DNA from: an uncultured Geobacter sp. | GTDB taxonomy: Bacteria; Desulfobacterota; Desulfuromonadia; Geobacterales; DSM-12255 | DNA: 24,000 nt | Direction of reading: 5' to 3' | Assembly (NCBI GenBank): GCA_937860145.1 | Contig: CALMBF010000155.1 | Span: forward strand, 123,719-147,718 | Shown here: positions 21,898 to 24,000 of the stretch, piece after piece | Layout of the letters: each line of letters opens with the position of its first letter | Position numbering within the stretch: the stretch's first letter is position 1 | Notes under the pieces: model-generated | Seen by the model: the letters and a program-made list of their open reading frames with translations, nothing else | Told to the model about the DNA's origin: nothing | Database searches by the model: none | Made by a program: the position numbers and the translations under genes

Positions 21898-23213
21898 TGG
21901 CAGGACCGATAGAACAGATACGAAACGTCTGCGCCCTGGGCGCACTGCAGTCGGTGGTGGCGATTCAGCGGGCAATCCCCATAATCCATGCCGGCCCGGG
22001 GTGCGGACAGAAACTATGGAGCGGACTCTCCAACGGCAACGGTTTCCAGGGGGCGAGTTATGTCGGGGGTCATGCGGTTCCCTGCAGCAATGCTACGGAA
22101 AAGGAGGTGGTTTTCGGCGGCGAGGACAAGCTTCGGGAAACGGTGGAAAACACTCTCAAGGTCATGGATGGCGACCTCTTTGTGGTGTTGACCGGCTGCA
22201 CCTCCGACATCGTCGGCGATGATGTGGGGGAGGTGGTGCGCAGCTTCAAAAACAAAGGGACGCCAATCGTCTACGTGGAAACCGGTGGCTTCAAGGGTGA
22301 CAACTACTTTGGCCATGAACTGCTCTGGGAGGCGATTATCGAGCAGTTTCTGGAAAAATCAGACAGGATGGAGCAGGGGCTGGTGAATGTCTGGAGTGTC
22401 ATCCCCTATCAGGACCCCTACTGGACCGGTACCTTGCATGCCATTGCCGACCTGCTCCGCTCCATCGGGCTCAAGCCGAACATCATCTATGGACCGGGGG
22501 AAGGGGTCGCTTCGGTGCGCAAGATCCCGTCAGCCCAGTTTAACCTGCTCATCTCTCCTTGGGCCGGCCTGAAAACGGTCAAGCGACTGGAAGAGAAGTT
22601 CGGTACACCCTTTTTCCATTACCCGGCGCTCCCCATTGGTGCCACCGAGAGCGGCTCCTTCCTGCGGTCAGTCGGCAGCTTTGCCGGCATCCCGGTATCA
22701 CGGGTGGAGGAGACCATCAAACGGGAGGAGGAGCGTTACTATTATTACGTGGAGCGGTCAGCCGATCTGCTCTTCGAGACCCGCTTCCTCCCCGGCCATT
22801 TCGTTACCATTGCCGACAGCTTCTATTCCCTGGGCCTGACACGCTTCCTGATCAATGATCTGGGGCTGATTCCCGAAGTGCAGTTCGTTACCGAAGCCGT
22901 GCCTGAAGAGTTCCGGCCGCTGGTGGAGACGGAGTTCGCCAGGTTCGATGAAGGCCTGGTGTCGCCGGTGCACTACGGCGCCGATGGAGCAACGGTGCGT
23001 GACGAACTGGCGAAACACAAATTCCGCGAACGGCCACTCATTCTCGGCAGCAGCTGGGACCGGGTAATAGCCCGGGAACTGAAAGGGTATCCGTTGTCGG
23101 TCGCCATGCCGGTCAGCGACCGGCTGGTGCTGAGCCGCACCTATGCTGGCTATGACGGGGCGCTTCGGTTGACGGAGGATATCTACTCCGTGATCCTGGG
23201 CAGCTTCCAGTAG
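21897..23213 (+). CDS. Nitrogenase-like beta-type subunit, divergent paralog beta2, 438 aa
   Basis: Motifs NVCALGAL, IIHAGPGCGQ and TGCTSDIVGDD. The start overlaps the alpha2 stop (cTGATGg). Confidence 0.9.
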   Translation: MAGPIEQIRNVCALGALQSVVAIQRAIPIIHAGPGCGQKLWSGLSNGNGFQGASYVGGHAVPCSNATEKEVVFGGEDKLRETVENTLKVMDGDLFVVLTGCTSDIVGDDVGEVVRSFKNKGTPIVYVETGGFKGDNYFGHELLWEAIIEQFLEKSDRMEQGLVNVWSVIPYQDPYWTGTLHAIADLLRSIGLKPNIIYGPGEGVASVRKIPSAQFNLLISPWAGLKTVKRLEEKFGTPFFHYPALPIGATESGSFLRSVGSFAGIPVSRVEETIKREEERYYYYVERSADLLFETRFLPGHFVTIADSFYSLGLTRFLINDLGLIPEVQFVTEAVPEEFRPLVETEFARFDEGLVSPVHYGADGATVRDELAKHKFRERPLILGSSWDRVIARELKGYPLSVAMPVSDRLVLSRTYAGYDGALRLTEDIYSVILGSFQ

Positions 23214-23250
23214 CAGGTTGCTGAAAAACAGCCATCTCGCCACCGTCCTC

Positions 23251-23298
23251 GAAAGCCCCTTGTGCGGCGTAGCCCTGCTACGCCTCCGCGGGGCTTTC
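23251..23298 (+). terminator. Long GC-rich hairpin after beta2 (terminator-like, no U-tract)
   Basis: GAAAGCCCC (23251-23259) pairs with GGGGCTTTC (23290-23298), with an inner GCGGCGTAG/CTACGCC..CGC stem. Confidence 0.4.
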
Positions 23299-23354
23299 TG
23301 CGGGTGCGACGATCTGACTATTTTTGAGCAACCTGAGTTTTGAGAGCGTGATAC

Positions 23355-24000
23355 TTGTCGATAAGCGAAACAGAGAGCTACCAGCAGGCAAACCGGGCAC
23401 TGATCAGCCTGCTCTCCATCAACCTGCTGGCCGGGGTGGCGACCGGCATGCTGCAGATGACGATCCCGCTCTATGCCCTGTCACTCAAGGCAACCACCCT
23501 GCAGTTGGGCCTGATCGCCGGCGCCGTCGGCATCGGCATCGGCAGGCTGCTGGTGGTCATCCCGTCGGGAGTGCTCATCGACCGGTACGGGGCGCGCAGT
23601 CTCTTTGTCGCAAGCACCCTGGTCACGGCCATAGCCACTCTGGTACTCCTGTCAACAACCTCGACACTGACGCTGCTGGGGGTCCTGACCATACAGAGCA
23701 TGGGCCAGGCGATAGGATTTCTGGCCCTGCAGGCCGGATTCCTCAAGCGGCTCCCCTATCTCGGCAAAGCAAGGGCAGGGTGGCAGCGTGGCGCCACCCA
23801 GATCGGTTTCTATCTGATCGGTCCGGTGCTGTGCGGCATGCTGCTGCAGGAGAGTCGCTACGGGGTGGTTTTCGTCTCCGTCGGCGCCATCTTCTTCACG
23901 GAACTGGTAATTTCCTGGTATCGCCGCGTTTGCGGCGCCCGGGAGGTGCAGGATAGTCCCCATCGGTCCGAATCCGGTCAATTGGCGCGGTTCAGGGTGC
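23355..24000 (+). CDS. MFS transporter (3' end outside window); not in the supplied ORF track
   Basis: The frame is open from 23352 to the window end. My hand translation gives ...ALISLLSINLLAGVATGMLQMTIPLYALSL...GVLIDRYGARSLF... (MFS motif A between TM2 and TM3). The TTG start at 23355 is tentative. Confidence 0.65.
   Translation, partial: MSISETESYQQANRALISLLSINLLAGVATGMLQMTIPLYALSLKATTLQLGLIAGAVGIGIGRLLVVIPSGVLIDRYGARSLFVASTLVTAIATLVLLSTTSTLTLLGVLTIQSMGQAIGFLALQAGFLKRLPYLGKARAGWQRGATQIGFYLIGPVLCGMLLQESRYGVVFVSVGAIFFTELVISWYRRVCGAREVQDSPHRSESGQLARFRV

Noticed and set aside
17346-23213. Canonical Mo-nitrogenase nifDKEN operon
   Set aside because: There is no nifH or nifB nearby. The His442, Gln191 and His195 equivalents are not conserved by manual alignment, the alpha subunits have an extra Cys-rich N-terminus, and the context is SAM/S/Se metabolism rather than nif.
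23324-23956. 210-aa ORF in the track downstream of beta2
   Set aside because: It has an Arg/Pro/His-rich, non-protein-like composition. The overlapping alternative frame encodes an MFS transporter.

Overview
Moderately GC-rich bacterial chromosomal window, Desulfuromonadales/Geobacter-like by gene content and repeat style (guess only), densely coding. No rRNA, tRNA, CRISPR array, transposase or integrase was recognised. The main content is three paralogous nitrogenase-like alpha/beta (NifD/E-like plus NifK/N-like) pairs. One pair is on the minus strand (beta-alpha, preceded by a DUF1638 gene, downstream of metK). A plus-strand alpha-beta-alpha-beta block follows a Nfu-type Fe-S protein and a SAM-dependent methyltransferase. 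No NifH-like Fe protein or NifB is present in the window. Between the two clusters lie metK; a 4-OT tautomerase plus a secreted serine hydrolase; a second paralogous methyltransferase; DMT/EamA, TauE-like and ChrA-like transporters; a nitroreductase; a Str2-type Cys/Met PLP enzyme; and a NifS-like cysteine desulfurase fused in frame, through a UGA (selenocysteine) codon, to selenophosphate synthetase SelD. The ORF track splits this fusion into two ORFs. A short conserved RNA-like motif (CCRG-N3-5-CYGG-AGG running into an intrinsic terminator) occurs four times: in the metK leader, the tautomerase leader, the Nfu-methyltransferase leader, and just before the first plus-strand alpha gene. This suggests a shared riboswitch or attenuator regulon tying SAM synthesis to the nitrogenase-like enzymes. 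Structured repeats sit inside two alpha/beta intergenic gaps. All functions are inferred from motifs read by eye, with no database search.
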